Source: Camelus ferus
Lineage: Eukaryota
Direction of reading: 5' to 3'
Length of the DNA: 64,000 bases
NCBI RefSeq assembly: GCF_009834535.1
Contig: NC_045696.1
Location: 39,868,001-39,932,000, forward strand
Part shown: positions 12,421 through 26,909 of the stretch, one piece after another
Layout of the letters: every line of letters begins with the position of its first letter
Numbering within the stretch: the first letter of the stretch is position 1
Notes under the pieces: generated by a model
Told to the model about the DNA's origin: nothing
What the model saw: the letters and a program-made list of their open reading frames with translations, nothing else
The model's database searches: none
Translations under genes and position numbers: made by a program

Positions 12421-14591
12421 TTTTTTTTTTTCTTTTTATTATTTTCTTTTTCTTTAAATTGAAGTTTAGTCAGTTACAATGTGTCAGTTTCTGGTGTACA
12501 GCACAATGTCCCAGTTATACATATACATACATATATTTGTTTGTATATTTTTTTCATTAAAGGTTATTACAAGATATTGAATATAGTTCCCTGTGCTATA
12601 CAGAAGAAATTTGTTTTTTAAATACATATTTATATACAGTGGCTAACATCTGTAAATCTCAAACTCCCAAATTTATCCCTTCCCACTCCCTTCCCCTGGT
12701 AACCGTAAGACTGTTCACTATGTCTGTGAGTCTGTTTCTGTTTTATAGATGAGTTCATTACTGTCCTCTTTTTACTTTTTTTTCTAGATTCCACATATGA
12801 GTGATATCATATGGTATTTTTCTTTCTCTTTCTGGCTTGCTTCATTTAGAATGATGATCTCTAGGTCCATCCATGTTGTTGCAAATGGCATTATTTTATT
12901 CTTTTTTATGGCTGAGTAGTATTCCATTGAGTAAATATACCACATCTTCTTTATCCAGTCATCTGTTGATGAACATTTAGGTTGCTTCCATGTCTTGGCT
13001 ATTGTATATAGTGCTGGTATGAACATTGGGGTGCATGTATCTTTTTGAATTAGAGTTCCCTCTGGATATATGCCCAGAATTAGGACTGCTGGATCATATA
13101 GTAAGTCTATTTTCAGTCTTTTGAGGAATCTCCATACTATTGTCCATAATGGCTACACCAAACTACATTCCCATCAGCAGTGCAAGGGGGTTCCCTTTTC
13201 TCCACACCCTCTCCAGCATTTATCATTCATGGACTTCTGAATGATGGCCATTCTGACTGGTGTGAGGTGATACCTCATTGTAGTTTTGATTTGCATTTCT
13301 CTGATAATTAGTGATATTGAGCACTTTTTCATGTGCCTATTGGTCATTTGTATGTCCTCATTGGAGAATTGCTTGTTTAGGTCTTCTGCGCATTTTTGGA
13401 TTGGGTTGTTTATTTTTTTTGTTATTTAGTTGTTATGGGCTCATTGTGTATTCTGGAGATTAAACCTCTGCCAGTTGCATCATTTGCAAATATTTTCTCC
13501 CATTCTGTACGTTGTTCTTTTGTTTTGTTTATGGTTTCCTTTGCTGTGCAAAAGCTTATAAGTTTAATTAGGTCCTATCTGTTAATTTTTGCTTTTATTT
13601 CTACTGCCTGGGTAGACTGCCCTAGGAGAACATTGCTAAGATTTATGTCAGAGAATGTTTTGCCTATGTTTTCTTCTAGGAGGTTTATCATGTCTTTAAG
13701 CCACTTTGAGTTTATTTTTGTATATGGTGTGAAGGAGTGTTCTAACTTCATTGATTTACATGTTACTGTCCAGTTTTTCCAATACCACTTGCTGAAGAGA
13801 CTGTCTTTTCTCCACTGTATATTCTTGCCTCCTTTGTCAAAGATTAATTGACCTTAGGTGTGTGGGTTTATTTCTGGGCTCTCTAGTCTGTTTCATTGAT
13901 CCATATGTCTGTTTTTATTCCAATACTACACTCTTTTGATTACTGTAGCTCTGTAGTATTGTCTGAAGTCTGGGAAGGTTATTCCTCCAGCTTCGTTCTT
14001 TTTCTTCAATACTGCTTTGGCAATTGTAGGTCTTTTGTGATTCCATATAAATTTTAGGATTGCTTGTTCTATTCCTGTGAAAACTGTCCTGGGTAATTTG
14101 ATATGGATCGCCTTAAATCTGTAGATTGCCTTGGGCAGTATGGCCATTTTAACAATATTGATTCTTCCAATTCAAGAGCATGGGATAGCTTTCCATTTTT
14201 TTAAGTCATCTTTAATTTCCTAAATCAATGTTTTGTAGTTTTCCATTTATAAGTCTTTCACCTCCTTGGTCAGATTTATTCCTAAGTATTTTATTGTTTT
14301 GGATGCAATTTTAAAGGAATTGTTTCTTTACTTCTGTCCCTGCTAATTCATTTTTAATGTAAAGAAATGCAGCTGATTTCTGTATGTTAATCTTGTACCC
14401 TGCTACCTTGCTGAATTCTTTTATTAGCTCTAGTAGTTTCTGTGTGGAGCTTTTAGGATTTTCTATATATAGTATAATGTCATCCACATACAGTGACATA
14501 ATTTTACCCCTTCTCTTCCAATTTGGATCCCTTTTATTTCTTTTTCTTGCCTGATTGCTGTGGCTAGGACTTCCAGGACTATGTTGAATAG
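12421..14591 (-). mobile_element. 5'-truncated young L1 (about 2.2 kb: ORF2 RT/C-terminus, 3' UTR, A-tail)
   Basis: Minus-strand ORFs give L1 ORF2 peptides ([36 protein letters not shown]). T-rich tail starts at 12421. Perfect 15-bp TSD cagaagtggcttctt at 12406-12420 and 14592-14606. Confidence 0.98.
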
Positions 14592-15089
14592 CAGAAGTGG
14601 CTTCTTAAAAGTGAAAACAAGTTCATAGGAAGAAGGAAAAGTGTTGTTTTGGATATCTGCTTACAAAAAGGCAAGGTGTGGTACTAATGAATTTGGATTG
14701 CGTTATTGGCTAAAAATGGGGACATAGCCCATAATACAGTGAAGGAAAGAACGACCCCAGCACTTTGCTGCAAAGGATGTGTGATGCCTGGTGAAATGAT
14801 TTTAGATTCCATCCGTAGGATCCTTATCACTAGCAAATAGTAAAATGTCATAGGGGAGAAGAGGATTGGAGTTGATCTCTGTGTTCTCTATCCCAGTTAA
14901 GTTAGTCTGCCTCCAACCAAGTGACCTGACTGTCCACATGATCAGTTTACTAGGGGAGGCTTTTAGTATATGCAGCTCATGGTCACCAGGGCTAAAGCCG
15001 GCTTCTCTTACCTGGTATTGGCTGCAATATAAAGTACTTTACACATTTGGAAGAAAAACTCCTCAAATATATAGAGGTGATTGAAAATT

Positions 15090-15650
15090 ATTTTATCTTT
15101 AACTTTTATAAAAAATAACCCATAGAAAATCAGAAATTAGAAGAACAGAAAAAAACTAATGCCTATTCCTACCACTCACTGACAACCAACAGTAGTAACA
15201 GTCTATTTCTAGCCAACCTTTTTTCCTAAGCATTTTCAATCATGATTATAATGATATTACATATAAAATTTTGTATGTGCCTTTTCATATATAACATTTT
15301 ATTTTTTCCCAAGCTTTACTGAGGGATAATTGACATAAAACATTATGTACATTTACAGTGTACAGTGTGATGTTTTGGTATATATGTGTAGTGTGTCATT
15401 TATTTTTATTCAGGCATTTGTCCATGTTATATATAACCTCTTCATAACCACAACTGAATTTTAAATAATGGCTACATAACAGTGTGTAATGTGAATATAC
15501 GGTAGATTATTCAACAATTTATTGACTGATATTTTAGTTGTTTTCAAATTCTCACTGTTACAAGTTACAAAAACATCTTTGTAGTATAAATAAATTTTCT
15601 AGAAATTTCTCATTTTTTCCCTTATGAGAGATACCCAGAATATCACTCAT
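15090..15650 (-). mobile_element. Old L1M/L1ME 3' fragments
   Basis: ccaagctttactgagggataattgacata...tacagtgtgatgtttt and ttttaaataatggctacataac are reverse-oriented L1 3' UTR motifs. Confidence 0.6.
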
Positions 15651-16514
15651 TCTTCAAGTTACTGTTGAACAATGGAACTATAAAGAACCTCAGAAATTAT
15701 CTCAATTAGCCTGCTCACTTTATAAATGAAATACGTGAATGGTGGCTTTTTTCTTCCTTTTCCTGTTTAATTTCTCTTTAAGATGATTGTATCTGTGCTC
15801 TAAAGGAAGCAGGGGTGGGAAGTTCAATATTCCCTGCAGTCATAAGGGACAACTCTCAAGTGACTGTCTTTGGCTATCCTTTCCATGATGAAAACCACCC
15901 AGGAAACTGCTAATGTATCCAATAGTCACTGTTCTGAGCCAGTTTGGCTTTGAGATTCCTAATACAATTTCTTACACTATAGTTTCTTTCCCATTGGGCA
16001 TGCTCCTCCCTCAGATACTTTCCACCACCCCACCTCCTGTGTGATAAGTTACTGAGCCACAGAGCAGGAAATAAAACCTGGTGTCCTTAGCCCTAATTCA
16101 ACAATGAAACTTTATGGGCATACTGAGAATATTGTTCTGGTGATTTATCTAGTTGACAAAACCCATTTCTGAAAGTTTAAATCAGATTTTTGTTGTTGTT
16201 TGTTTTCAATTTTAAAGTGACTGATGGTCTTCTGCCTTTAGCTTTCATTATCTTCCTGATTACAGTACGAAGTGTCCAAATTAAGAATTTTGACTAAACT
16301 GGGGAACGCTTACCTTCTCTATTGCTTCTTCCTTTTTTGCTTCTTTTAATGTCAGCACTTCCTTGATTTCACATTGTTCCTCCTCTCTGAAGCGTTCTTT
16401 TGACATAACCAATTGATTATGGAGTGGAAAAGTGGTGCTCCACTTTTTTTTTCTCCCTGATTTTTGGGTCATAGAGAAAAAAGATACGAAAACAAGCAAA
16501 AATTCTCTACTTAA

Positions 16515-16705
16515 ATTGGAGTCAGATGGCTTGCCTTTGAATATAAGCTCTAGTATTTGTCACATGTATAACCCTGGGCAAGTTACTTGACCTATGTGTG
16601 CCTCAGTTTTCTTTCCTGTAAGACTGGCCTAATATCTTTAGCATGTGGATGAGGACAATAATCTAAGAGAGCTTACACACCTTGTGCACAGTCATTGACA
16701 TATGT
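16515..16705 (+). mobile_element. MIR
   Basis: ttggagtcaga...ccctgggcaagttacttgacctatgtgtgcctcagttttctttcctgtaa is the MIR core. Confidence 0.85.
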
Positions 16706-18014
16706 AGGGAGTGCCAGATTGGGATCTCTAACCAGTCTGGGCTATATCTCTTCCCAACAACTAGCCTATAGCAATTATATCAGAGGAAAGGTAATTTAGA
16801 GTTAAAAGTCAGAAGTCTTAGAAAATGAAATTCTGAGTATCTTGGATTTCTAACAGTTGAGAGAAATGTGCTTAAAATGTCAAGAACAAAATGCCATGTT
16901 GCAGTTGTGACTTGGTAACTCGTGAACTACATGCTGTGTGGGACCAAAGTAAGTCATCTTTCCCACAATGAGTCACCATAGAGTGCTGGTGTGGGGAACA
17001 TGTTTAATGTGGCCAGGCAGTTTCAAAGGACAGACAACATGAAATGACAGGGAATAATAAGTTAACCTGAAGTTTTAAAAAAGTTGTAGACATACGCATT
17101 ATACAAAAGTATAATTTTCCTAATAATCCTCAAGTAAGGTTTTAACCTTTAAGAAAGACTAGCATTGCCTCCTCAGTTACACTGAACAGTTCCTAATTTT
17201 AAGAGGTCCCATTTTCAAACACTTGATCTGGGATTCTTTTATCTTACCTCCGAGAAACTGACAACTTGGTATAGTGTCTAGAAACTGGGGACACTAGTTC
17301 CTAATATTGCTTTTGTCTCCTTCTTATGGACGAGAGCTTGCAAAATTTGTTTGTTTCCCTCTTGAGCCTTTCTCCCAAGGTCTTTCTCCTTTCCCTTTGC
17401 ACATCTCTTCCCTCCTCTGAACAAGGGACTTGGGTAAAGATAGGATGGCAGCTGCGCCAGACTTTAGTGGTTCTGAGGTCAGCACATTACTCAGCCCATA
17501 TTCTTTCCCTGCTGTAACACATGAGCTAAAGGGAAATCCTAAAAGGGTACAAGGAGTTTCCATGGCTATGGAGCCTGCATGTCCAATTTCAAAATAAGAA
17601 TTCATGTTAAACCGATATATTGCTCAAGGATTTAATGTATTTTTTTTCCCTAAAGAACTGGACTAGGCCATTGGCTCCTAACTCAAAGCCCCTTGGCTCC
17701 CTCCCTCCCTTCCAGATACTCACGAAGAATAAGGAGTGTATGTTACTGACAGTGTGTGGGGTTTTTTAAATTCAGAAATAATATAGTCACCAAAGGTTAA
17801 CTAAAAATTCAAGTTTCTCTATTTTTTGTTATCAATAATTGTGTTAGCACTGGTTCCTAATACTAGCAATGACTAGGAATTTTGTTTTATATGTTAAAGG
17901 TGTAAAACTAATTAATTCGTAAAGTTTGTTTTTTTGTAAAGATTTGACTACCACCTATACTCTAATGACTATAAACCCTTATTTTTAAGTTTAGTCTCTC
18001 TCTCTCTCTCTCTC

Positions 18015-18680
18015 AGCTTCAAAATCAAATATCCAACTACCTGACCAATCTCACCTGCCAGATGTTGTACTGCTGCTTCAAACTGAACTCATATCTCTCT
18101 TCAGTCTCTCTGCCTCATTTTCTGACTTCCCTGTTTTCACTAACCCATCACCCTCTTCACAATTCCCAAGAAAGATGTTAGGAATTCACTCTTACTTTCT
18201 TCATCTCTCTTTCTTCAAATGCAGCCATTTAATTCTGTCATTTCATTTGATTTCAGAAATATCACTCAACTCACAGTTGGTAGTATTGGAAAAATGTCCT
18301 TATTTGTCTCCTTGATTCTTTCCTCTTCTCTGTAAAGTGCATTCAATCCATGGCCACCACAGATCTGATCACAGTATTTCTGTTTTTAAAATCTGCTCCA
18401 TATCATCCAGAGAGCAAGTCCAAATCCCTAGCAAGCATACAAGGCCTTTTAACACACGGCCTGAGTCTAACAAACGCCCTCATTTCTGGGTATTTCTGAT
18501 CCACACTGTATTCTAACCACTCACTGAAACATCCACATACACTCTTACTTTGTTTCCGTAGCCAGCACTGCTCCTCCCAACCTAATCTGTCCTGTTAACC
18601 TCTACTCACTGTTTTAAAATCTGGCTCATTGTCACTTATCTTTAGCTTTTATTTCAGGTACAATTAGTCATTCCTTGTCT
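18015..18680 (+). mobile_element. L2 fragment (preceded by a (CT)10 run at about 17995-18014)
   Basis: Pyrimidine-rich L2 body: atccaactacctgacc, aaactgaactc, agatctgatcac, aagtccaaatccctagcaagcatacaaggcc. Confidence 0.65.
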
Positions 18681-18789
18681 TTTCTTTTTTCTTTTTTTTT
18701 AAACATTACAAATAAAATTAGTCATAAAGACAATGAGTTATTCCTTTTCATTGTACCCCCACTGTATCATTTTCTTCATGTAATCACCC

Positions 18790-19150
18790 ATTTAGTCATT
18801 TATTTGTTCACACATTCATCCATCTATTCAAATATTTATTGAGAGTCTTTTATGTATTCTAGTAGCTGAGATACAGCAGAGAATAATACAAAGTCCTTAC
18901 CCTCATGGACTTTTTTATACATTCTAGTATAAAATAATAAATAAATAAATAAAGGTTGAAATAATGTGATTCAGATAGTGATAGTGCCAGGAATAAAATC
19001 AAGCAGTTTAAGAGGCTAGAAGGTATCAGAAGCTGGGAAGGGTGGCTACATTAAATTAAGAGATCAGGGAATATCTTTCTGAGGGCGTGATAATTGCTAT
19101 TTTAATTAAGTATAGGAGACATGCTGGTGAAATTCTAATGGGTGGGGTGT
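18790..19150 (-). mobile_element. L2 3' fragment
   Basis: cattcatccatctattcaaatatttattgagag...gtccttacctcatgga is the reverse-oriented L2 tail. Confidence 0.75.
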
Positions 19151-19869
19151 GGGGGTATGAGAGAAAGAGGAAGCAAGAATAAAGTCTAGGCTTGAGACAA
19201 GGGCATTTGGATGAACCGGTGACCCAATTTACCAGGATGAAGGTGATTAAAAGAGCATAAGATAGGCAGAGGATATATTCACTGAACACTTAATTATTTA
19301 CAGATTCACATCTCTCATTAGTTTTTGAGTTCCTTGAAGACTGGTACTATATTTTCTTTGGCTTTGGACCAAATAGGCAAAATATTCAAAAACAGAGAGG
19401 ATGGTTGGAAGTGGGCAGTGAGTGGCTCATAAAAAGGCCACTGGGTGGCCAAAATGTTAGGCCCACATTACTGTTATTTCTATTGTCACTTCTAGCTCTA
19501 TAAAATTATATGCATCTAAGTCTTAAAATTTTCAGACGAACAATTACTCAGGAGTTGAAAATCAAATACTACCAACCAATATTCAGAATAATATTCTCCA
19601 TATACAAAAATTATCATCTTCATTAAAAGCTTTCAAATTAAAATAACATCTTCAATATGATGCAGAAAAAAATAATAAAATGGCCAAAAATGTTAGCTGA
19701 AATATAGCTAATAATGCGGAAGTTCTGAAGTGAAGCTTAAAGCTCAATGCCATCTTTTTCACGAAGTCTTTCTGAGCACTCACATGGTCTCTCTCTTTTC
19801 CAAACATCCATCACACAGATCACATATAACAAACTAAGGAGACGGCACAGGGATATGAGGGATGGGAAG

Positions 19870-20045
19870 ACAGGCTATAATCCCACTTCTGCCACTTATT
19901 ATCTTGGAAGCCAATTTGAGCTCTCTGAACCTGATTTTCATTGACTATGAAATGGGAATTTAGGCTCTGCCCATCCCATAGGGTTACAGTGGCTCTTAGC
20001 CAAGAGGTCTCTTGCACTTAAAAGCTTTTGACAGACTACAAAACT
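19870..20045 (+). mobile_element. MIR
   Basis: aatcccacttctgccactta...ctctctgaacctgattttcattgactatgaaatggga resembles the MIR core. Confidence 0.75.
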
Positions 20046-21289
20046 TCATTCACAGACGAAGTAATCCCTATTATTTATGATATATTTGCCTTTTTCCAGG
20101 CACTACAAGGGCCTCAAAGATCAATAAAACACAATCACGGTTCCCTAAGAGCTTAACCTGTAGCAGGAAAGACAGGAGCATAGCCAAGGAACAAGAGAGA
20201 CACACAGCAAGATGCAGGAGGCATTGCTATTAATGTCTGCATTGTAGTGACTGGTGTACAAATTCATCTCCCAAAGAGGCAATGAATTCCTACATAGTAG
20301 AGGCCATGTCTTATATAATATTCTTATATTCCCACTACTAGCAGAAGTTAGGAGTTCAAAATAGTTAAATGAATGAGACCAAATAGGGAAGCTGGGCTGA
20401 GGAACCATATCACTACAAATACAAACACTCTATAAGTCTCCTAGTCCATACATGCAGTTTTCTTGCTATGCCCTGTGCCTCTTTGCCTTCGAACTTGGGA
20501 ATGTCCATTTTATAGAATTAAATTTGTTTTCTTGGGCTGTACTCCTTATCCCCTGTGTCAGAATTACTCTCCCATAAATATTTCCAAAGACATTCCTGAA
20601 AGATAGGCACACCTCAGTTTTCCTAGGAAAAGTATATTTCCCATAAATGTTTTGGCAAAGTTAGTCTAACCTCTTGAAACTTGTAGAAAAATGCTTTTGG
20701 GGTATAGCTTTTATACACTGATCTTGGTACCTCTTAAAATAGCTTATTACAGATATTTTAGTGATTGCTTGAACTAAAATTCCCTAGTACCCCAGAGGAG
20801 TCATCACTAGACAAAAACTCAGGTTACATCCTGACACCTACAGCTAAAACTGGTCAGCTATAGAGAGGTTGTTGCAGATGCAGGAAACAGCTGCAAAATG
20901 ACACACTTTGCCCGGAAACTCGATTTCTATGGTCTTACGCCAAACTTGCTGTCTCTTCTGAATACACACTTTTGTGTAGCGATGTTTTTCCCAAGTGCAT
21001 CCCAAACACATTCTGCCAATTTTTAAGTATGACTCAGCATGAGTATTTAACTTGCCTGACTTCACAGAACACATGGCTTATGACATTATAAAACATAGAA
21101 AGTGACTCTTTGATCATTAATGGTATGTAATCTTTTTCATGCCCCTTTAAGGTCATGGTATTCAGTGGGTATGTCATCAAATAAGTGTAATTAGTTGGAT
21201 GTTTTTGGTCCATGTGAATTTTGTTTTGGGACATGTTGACTTGGGCACGAGAAAACATCATAAAGTATTGGGGAATTTCTCCTTTCAGA

Positions 21290-21445
21290 AGTCAGGAGGC
21301 TAAGATTCTGGTTGCATCTTTGCCACTAACTGACTCAGTGACCTTGGATAAACAATTTCACCTTTTGAAGTCCACTGTTGTTACCAGTTCATGGAGAGAT
21401 GTGGACTGAGTTCATGACAATCCTTTCTGGCTGGAACATTCTTTA
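21290..21445 (+). mobile_element. MIR3-like SINE
   Basis: ctttgccactaactgactcagtgaccttggataaa...tttctggctggaacattct. Confidence 0.65.
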
Positions 21446-22954
21446 GTGCTAATCACTTTTAGCATTAGGTAGTGTAAAGTTAATTTATTACTTAGCCTAG
21501 GAAGAGTAATAGTTTTTGAGAAAGTTTTGAATGACAGAAGGCAGAATACTAGGTGAGCTAAGTGAAAAGAAAGCACTTATATGAATCAGAAGCAAAGTAT
21601 AAGACCAGAAACTACAATATATAGAATAACTATGTGAACAAGAAGAAAACAACAGGTTAGCCTGCCTAATGTTCTAACAAGCTTAATTAGTAAGTTCTAT
21701 TGGGGCCAGACTTCTTCAGGTCTTATTAAAAGGTGACCAACCTGGCTCTTTTACTTCAAACATCAATGTCCCCTGCCCGCTAGTCTATATGAGCAGACCA
21801 GAGAACTTTGAGAATGTCTGCATCTAAGATGAAAGAGCTGGAACTTCTCCTTTTCCCCCGATGGAGGAGGTAGAATAGAGCTTCCTTGTGGTCCCCAGAT
21901 CAAGAGACCCAAGAGAATCACTTCTAGAGTCTGGAGGAGTCAGCCATAATGGGAGCCTGGCATCTCAGAGTCTGGAGGGACATATGTCCAGACAGTGGAC
22001 TGACTAAACACCCCTGTGTCGAACTGAGCAAAAGAAAGGGAACTGGAGAGATATGGACCAGAGAGATGGGGAAAGGACTGAGGAAGGGGACAGGAGTGGA
22101 GCAAGAGTTCACCTCACTTCCACTATTTGTCATGACAAGATGGATGCAGTGCTCGTGTATCTAAGGTCTTCCAGGCAAAGGCAACCCAGAAGCAAGATCA
22201 CTATAAGAAGGAGCTGATAGAGCCTGAAAGTGTCAAGCTGGAACAAATCTTTCATGCAGAAACTGTGCATCTAGAAGTCCCCTCAAGGGTCCTCTAAAGA
22301 ACCCACTTATGTGCCCATTAGAGAACCACCCAATCAAGATCATCTCACAGAGGAGACTACTACTGTAGCAAGAGATAGGTAAGGAACATTTGCTTATGAC
22401 CTTCCATTTCTCCTCCCAATATGCCAAAAGTGAAAGGGACACACAGAAGGGCTGGGGGTTGTTCTAGGAACACCCGATGTTCCTTATTCATTCTGTATTC
22501 TTCAGGCCACAGCTAAAGATGAGCTGGGGGAAGGGAGGCTATGAGGTTAAAAGTTTGAAATGATTAAATTGGACTGGACTTCTTGGCAACTGAAAGTGAC
22601 TGGAAAACTGAGAGTGAGTATGGAAACTGACAGATTTCATGAGGAGATAGGAAATGGAAATTCCTCCCTTCACAGTAAAAGACGCGTTAGCAAACTAGAA
22701 ACCCATTTCACTTTGACATCCCACTATATCCAGAATGTTCAACAACCTGGCAGAAAAACAGCAGGTTATTCTCATGCCTTGGTCCAGGATCTCAGGTGTG
22801 GGGAAACTGGCCTTGTTACAGATGTGCTGTACCTGTCGATATGTGGCTACTTTTAGCTTAGCTTCTAGAATTTGTGGAAATTCATGAAATATCAACTTCA
22901 AAGAAGTAAGGATGCTGGTCTATTGTTCCAAAATATCTACAGAAAATATCTGTG

Positions 22955-23400
22955 TACATTTTTCTTGGTAGATAATTCTCCATGGATATTTTCATATTTT
23001 TGCATAGATTAAGTTTTATGACTGAATCCTAAATGCTAGAAGATAGACATTGTGCATTGCTCCAGAGATATTTAAAGATTTATCTCCCCAGAGCCAATTG
23101 TTTACATTCTAGGGTACAGCCCTTCTCTTCCATTCCCCAGAGAAAATGTGGTTACATTTCAGAGTGAAGTGCTCTCTCTCTGGAGAGGAAGAGGGAGGGG
23201 CAGGTATGCCAGCTGCTCTATATAAGCTTTGAGTCATAATTTCAGGGTTTCTCTCCTCTGATGCCAATCTCATGGATGCTTAGGTAAACAACTGATCCTC
23301 GTCCTGGTGTCCTCAGGGGAAATGGAGCTAAGATGCTCTGTGAGAATAATCTGTCTGTTCTCTAATCAGAGATACCATGTTTTCTGTCAGTGTATATGAC
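22955..23400 (+). mobile_element. Solo LTR, ERVL-type (MER54/MER74-like)
   Basis: ggtagataattctccatgg start, repeated tttacatt(c/t) and ccccagag motifs, TATA-like ctatataagc near 23220, cagggtttctctcctctg. Family name is from memory only. Confidence 0.55.
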
Positions 23401-24228
23401 ATACACTACACACAGACACAGACATATTGAGACATACCACACACATCTGTAGTATATGTCAATTTTGCAAAATCAGCAGCATGTTTAACAACTTTAGTCT
23501 ACAGATATTTATAAAAATTACTATTTGTAATCAAATAAGCAGTCAGTTTTAAGCCCAGAAACTAGGATAAAGTATTTCTAGTATTTCTATTACGGGATTA
23601 ATTTTTAGAAATTATTTCAGAGATACTGATAGTTTGCAGGATAAAAGTACTTGATTTTGTATTATTTAGACATAAATTTCCTGAGTATTGGGTAGATGTT
23701 ATAGATTCCAGAGTTAAGGCCTAAACAAGGTATGCATTTTGAATTTTGACCCAGCTAGGTGTATCTGTAAGGGCTTGTGGGACAAATAGTGTTTTAATGA
23801 AGATCTGGTGAGGTGTCTGACAGCAACCTTGGCTGGATGAGGTGGGAAGCTGGAGGTCAAGGGCCACATCCCTTTCTCTTCTGTGAAGTGTAGCAAGGGG
23901 AGAGAGAGTTGGGGTATGAAAGGATGGGAATTAGTGGGGAGGAGTGATTTTGACTTTAGCACATCATAGCACCACTTAACTTGTCCTTTTGCCTTGACCC
24001 AGGAAACAATGCAGGTCCTTAGCGAGTAAGGGACAAAACTGAACTAGCTGACCTGATCAGATAAAAGATTTTATCTCTTGATGAGGGAGACCATGATGAG
24101 ATAACACAAATTAGCATGTTTTGTGATCAAGTTGACATTAGTTCAAGAACTCTTATTTAGCTTCTTTTGTGCATAAGGTAATGCACTAGGAACTGGGCTT
24201 AAAAGATGAATATGACACAGTTCAAGGC

Positions 24229-24249
24229 TGTGTGTGTGTGTGTGTGTGT
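24229..24249. repeat. (TG)10 microsatellite
   Basis: Directly visible. Confidence 0.95.
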
Positions 24250-24344
24250 ATGTATTCCGGTATCAAGCAATAAGTACAGGGATAAAGGACCAAAGACAGA
24301 GTTGGGAGACAAGGAGAACCACAAGCAGTTTGGTAAAACGAAAG

Positions 24345-24521
24345 CAGCATTTCCAACCATGGCTGCATAGTGGAATCAACTTATGAACTTTAAAAAATTG
24401 CCCATGCCAAGGTCTCACCCTAGATCAATAAAATCTGAATCTCTGGAGGTGGGGCCCAGGCACTGGTCAGCTTTTTAAACCTCCCAGATGATTCTCATTG
24501 TATTTGGGTTGAAATCTACTG
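24345..24521. mobile_element. MER5A-type hAT-Charlie non-autonomous DNA transposon
   Basis: cag...ctg termini; ggctgcatagtggaatca, aatctgaatctctggaggtggggcccagg, ctcccagatgattct. Confidence 0.85.
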
Positions 24522-24564
24522 TCATGGTCATTAAGCATAAAGTAGGTCTTCATGAGAGATGATG

Positions 24565-24880
24565 CAGTTGTCCCATCTATAAAACAGGGTTAATAACGCC
24601 TACCTTGCCTAATTCATCTGGTTGTTACAATATATTTTGAATGTAAGAATGCTTTGAAAATGCTTTGTAAACTACAAAGCCCTACAAGAATGAATGATGA
24701 TATTAGCTCTCCTGCCAAACTGAGAGCCCTTTAAACATAGAGAATTATTAATTTCTATTGATATTAATCTCTTTAAGATTAATCTTATTAATCTTGATTA
24801 TCTCCACACTTCCCAATATAAGATCTGCCACAAAGTAGATGTCCAATATATGCTTGTTGAATGGGTGAATGAATAAATAA
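24565..24880 (+). mobile_element. MIR 3' half followed by L2 tail
   Basis: cccatctataaaacagggttaataac...gctttgtaaact, then caatatatgcttgttgaatgggtgaatgaat. Confidence 0.65.
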
Positions 24881-26359
24881 ATCAACAATGTAAATAAACA
24901 CACATTGAACTCTTGAAACAATACTGAAATAGAAAAAGTGAATAACGTTAAAGTATATCCTTATGGCTTATACTCAAAGGGAAAGTTTATACAGGCATTT
25001 GAGTTTATGGAGTGATTTAAATTAGGTTGATTTATTGCACCTTTCAAACAAAATGTGAATGAACCTTAAAAACATGTATAGAAGCATGTCCCTGATTTTG
25101 GGTGTTCCAGCTGAGAACCTAGCTTGGTATGTAGACAATTTGAACAACAGGAAATTTCCAGAAAAAAAGTCAATATTTGAAGTCAGAGCACAGTGGACTT
25201 CTTGGAAAGAAGTCACATTTTCTTTGGAGTCTCCCACTTTTATCCTTCACATGGTTTGCCTTCAAATAAAATCATATGTGGAATGTGTCTGTGTGTAACT
25301 GATGTGTGGATTTAGACATTAAGGATATGCTTAGATAAAATAAATCTGCAATCCAAAAGTGATCAACAAGTTTGAAATTTAAGAAAAAAATATTGCATGC
25401 TTCATCAATGAATGAGGTAAGGCACAGAACTATAAACTGTAAGTGCATTGTATTTGCACTCTGCTCTTTGTGATTTTCAAAGAAATATCATAAAATATGC
25501 CCTCATTGTTGGTGTCAAAGAAAACCTGACCTTTTTGTGCTTTTCTTCCAATTTGACATTCTGATTGGCCACTAACTTGTCTTCATTCTGCCATTATGAT
25601 ATATTCCTATTTATCAGCTTCATTTCCCAGAAAGAGATTAATGTAGGCTGCCATCCAATGCTAGAGGAATGCAAGTGGGCAAGAAAACAGGGCAAGATTA
25701 TGTTGAGGGGAAAAATAGGAGTAGAAATAGCACTCCCAGAGAGGTGCCAACCATAACAACATGTTTCTCACAGTTCAGAATCAAACAGGTATCAATATCT
25801 AATTAGACTCTATACTAGGAACATAGGATAATTTATCTATAATTTCAGAAGTTTGATACCGAGATGGCAGTTACATTATTTCATATCCAAGGAGACATGG
25901 TATCATATCCAAGGAGATCCATTTGAGGGAGTGTGATAGGAAGACAGAAGGTAAGAGAGTAGACCCAAGTTAACAGGCCAGAGTCCAGAGCAACCTTCTT
26001 GGGGGCCACTGGTCTAGGTAGGGAGATGTTAATATGGAAAAAGCCCAAGAACTCAAGGAGAGTAGGCAGCAAGTAGAAGGCCTGCACTTGCCACAGGAAT
26101 GTTCAGAAGACTTGCCTCTTGATAACTTCATCAAAATTCTTCTACATATGCCTAATGACAGAAGTTAAAAACATTTTTCCAGAAATGCTATTTAATGGGG
26201 TAAAACATTTTCCTATAGTACTGGGTTAGAGCCTGGTGGTTCGTGCAAGCTAATCTGCAGGTGGTTATTGGCTCATTTGAAAAGTTGGATTGAAACTAAA
26301 ATGGATGGAGTCAATATGTTGTCCCTTGGCTTTGCTCATATCTTCATCATCTTTTGTTA

Positions 26360-26900
26360 GTATTATTATAGTGGTCCTCCACCTAGTCCACCTGCTTCCA
26401 GTCCACCTCCACAATAATCTTCCAAAAATGTGAATCTAATAGCATTACCCTTTAACATCACCTTTATCACTTTTAATGGAATCTTCAGTGTGTCACATTG
26501 CTATGAGGTTAATCCCTAAAATCTAACTTTCCACTGTCCAATGGTCGTTCCCCCCATTCCTTGGCTCTTACTGCTTCCTATGTATGGAATACTCCAACCT
26601 CTAAACTTCTGAAATTCCACATGTCCTTCAAGGGCAGTTTCAAATCTTAGCTCTGGGTAGTTTTGCCCAAACTTCCAAGCCAAGATTTCTTTGACTACTT
26701 TGTTCACCTTCTGTTTATGACTATTCTATAAGACTAAAAATTTAAGATGTATATTTATGTTTGTCTCCTCCATAAATCTGTGAGCACATCAGAGGCAGGG
26801 AATCTATCTGATTTGTATTATCTCTAGTTCTTAACACTCAGCATAGTGCCCAGTAGACAATACATGTTCAAATGTTTTTTGGTTAAGTGAATAGATGAAT
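26360..26900 (+). mobile_element. L2 3' fragment
   Basis: ctgtgagcacatcagaggcaggga...cagcatagtgcc...aagtgaatagatgaat is the L2 3' end. Confidence 0.75.
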
Positions 26901-26909
26901 ATATATGAT

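Noticed and set aside
12784..14499. Protein-coding genes from the longer ORFs here and at 30013-30614, 34671-35745, 47054-47299, 57205-57487, 58708-59207 and 62301-62879
   Set aside because: All are fragments of L1 ORF1/ORF2 or their antisense shadow frames, interrupted by stops and frameshifts.
16960..17010. AP-1 (TGAGTCA) site and p53-like half-site (GAACATGTTT)
   Set aside because: Short motifs expected several times by chance in 64 kb; no second half-site.
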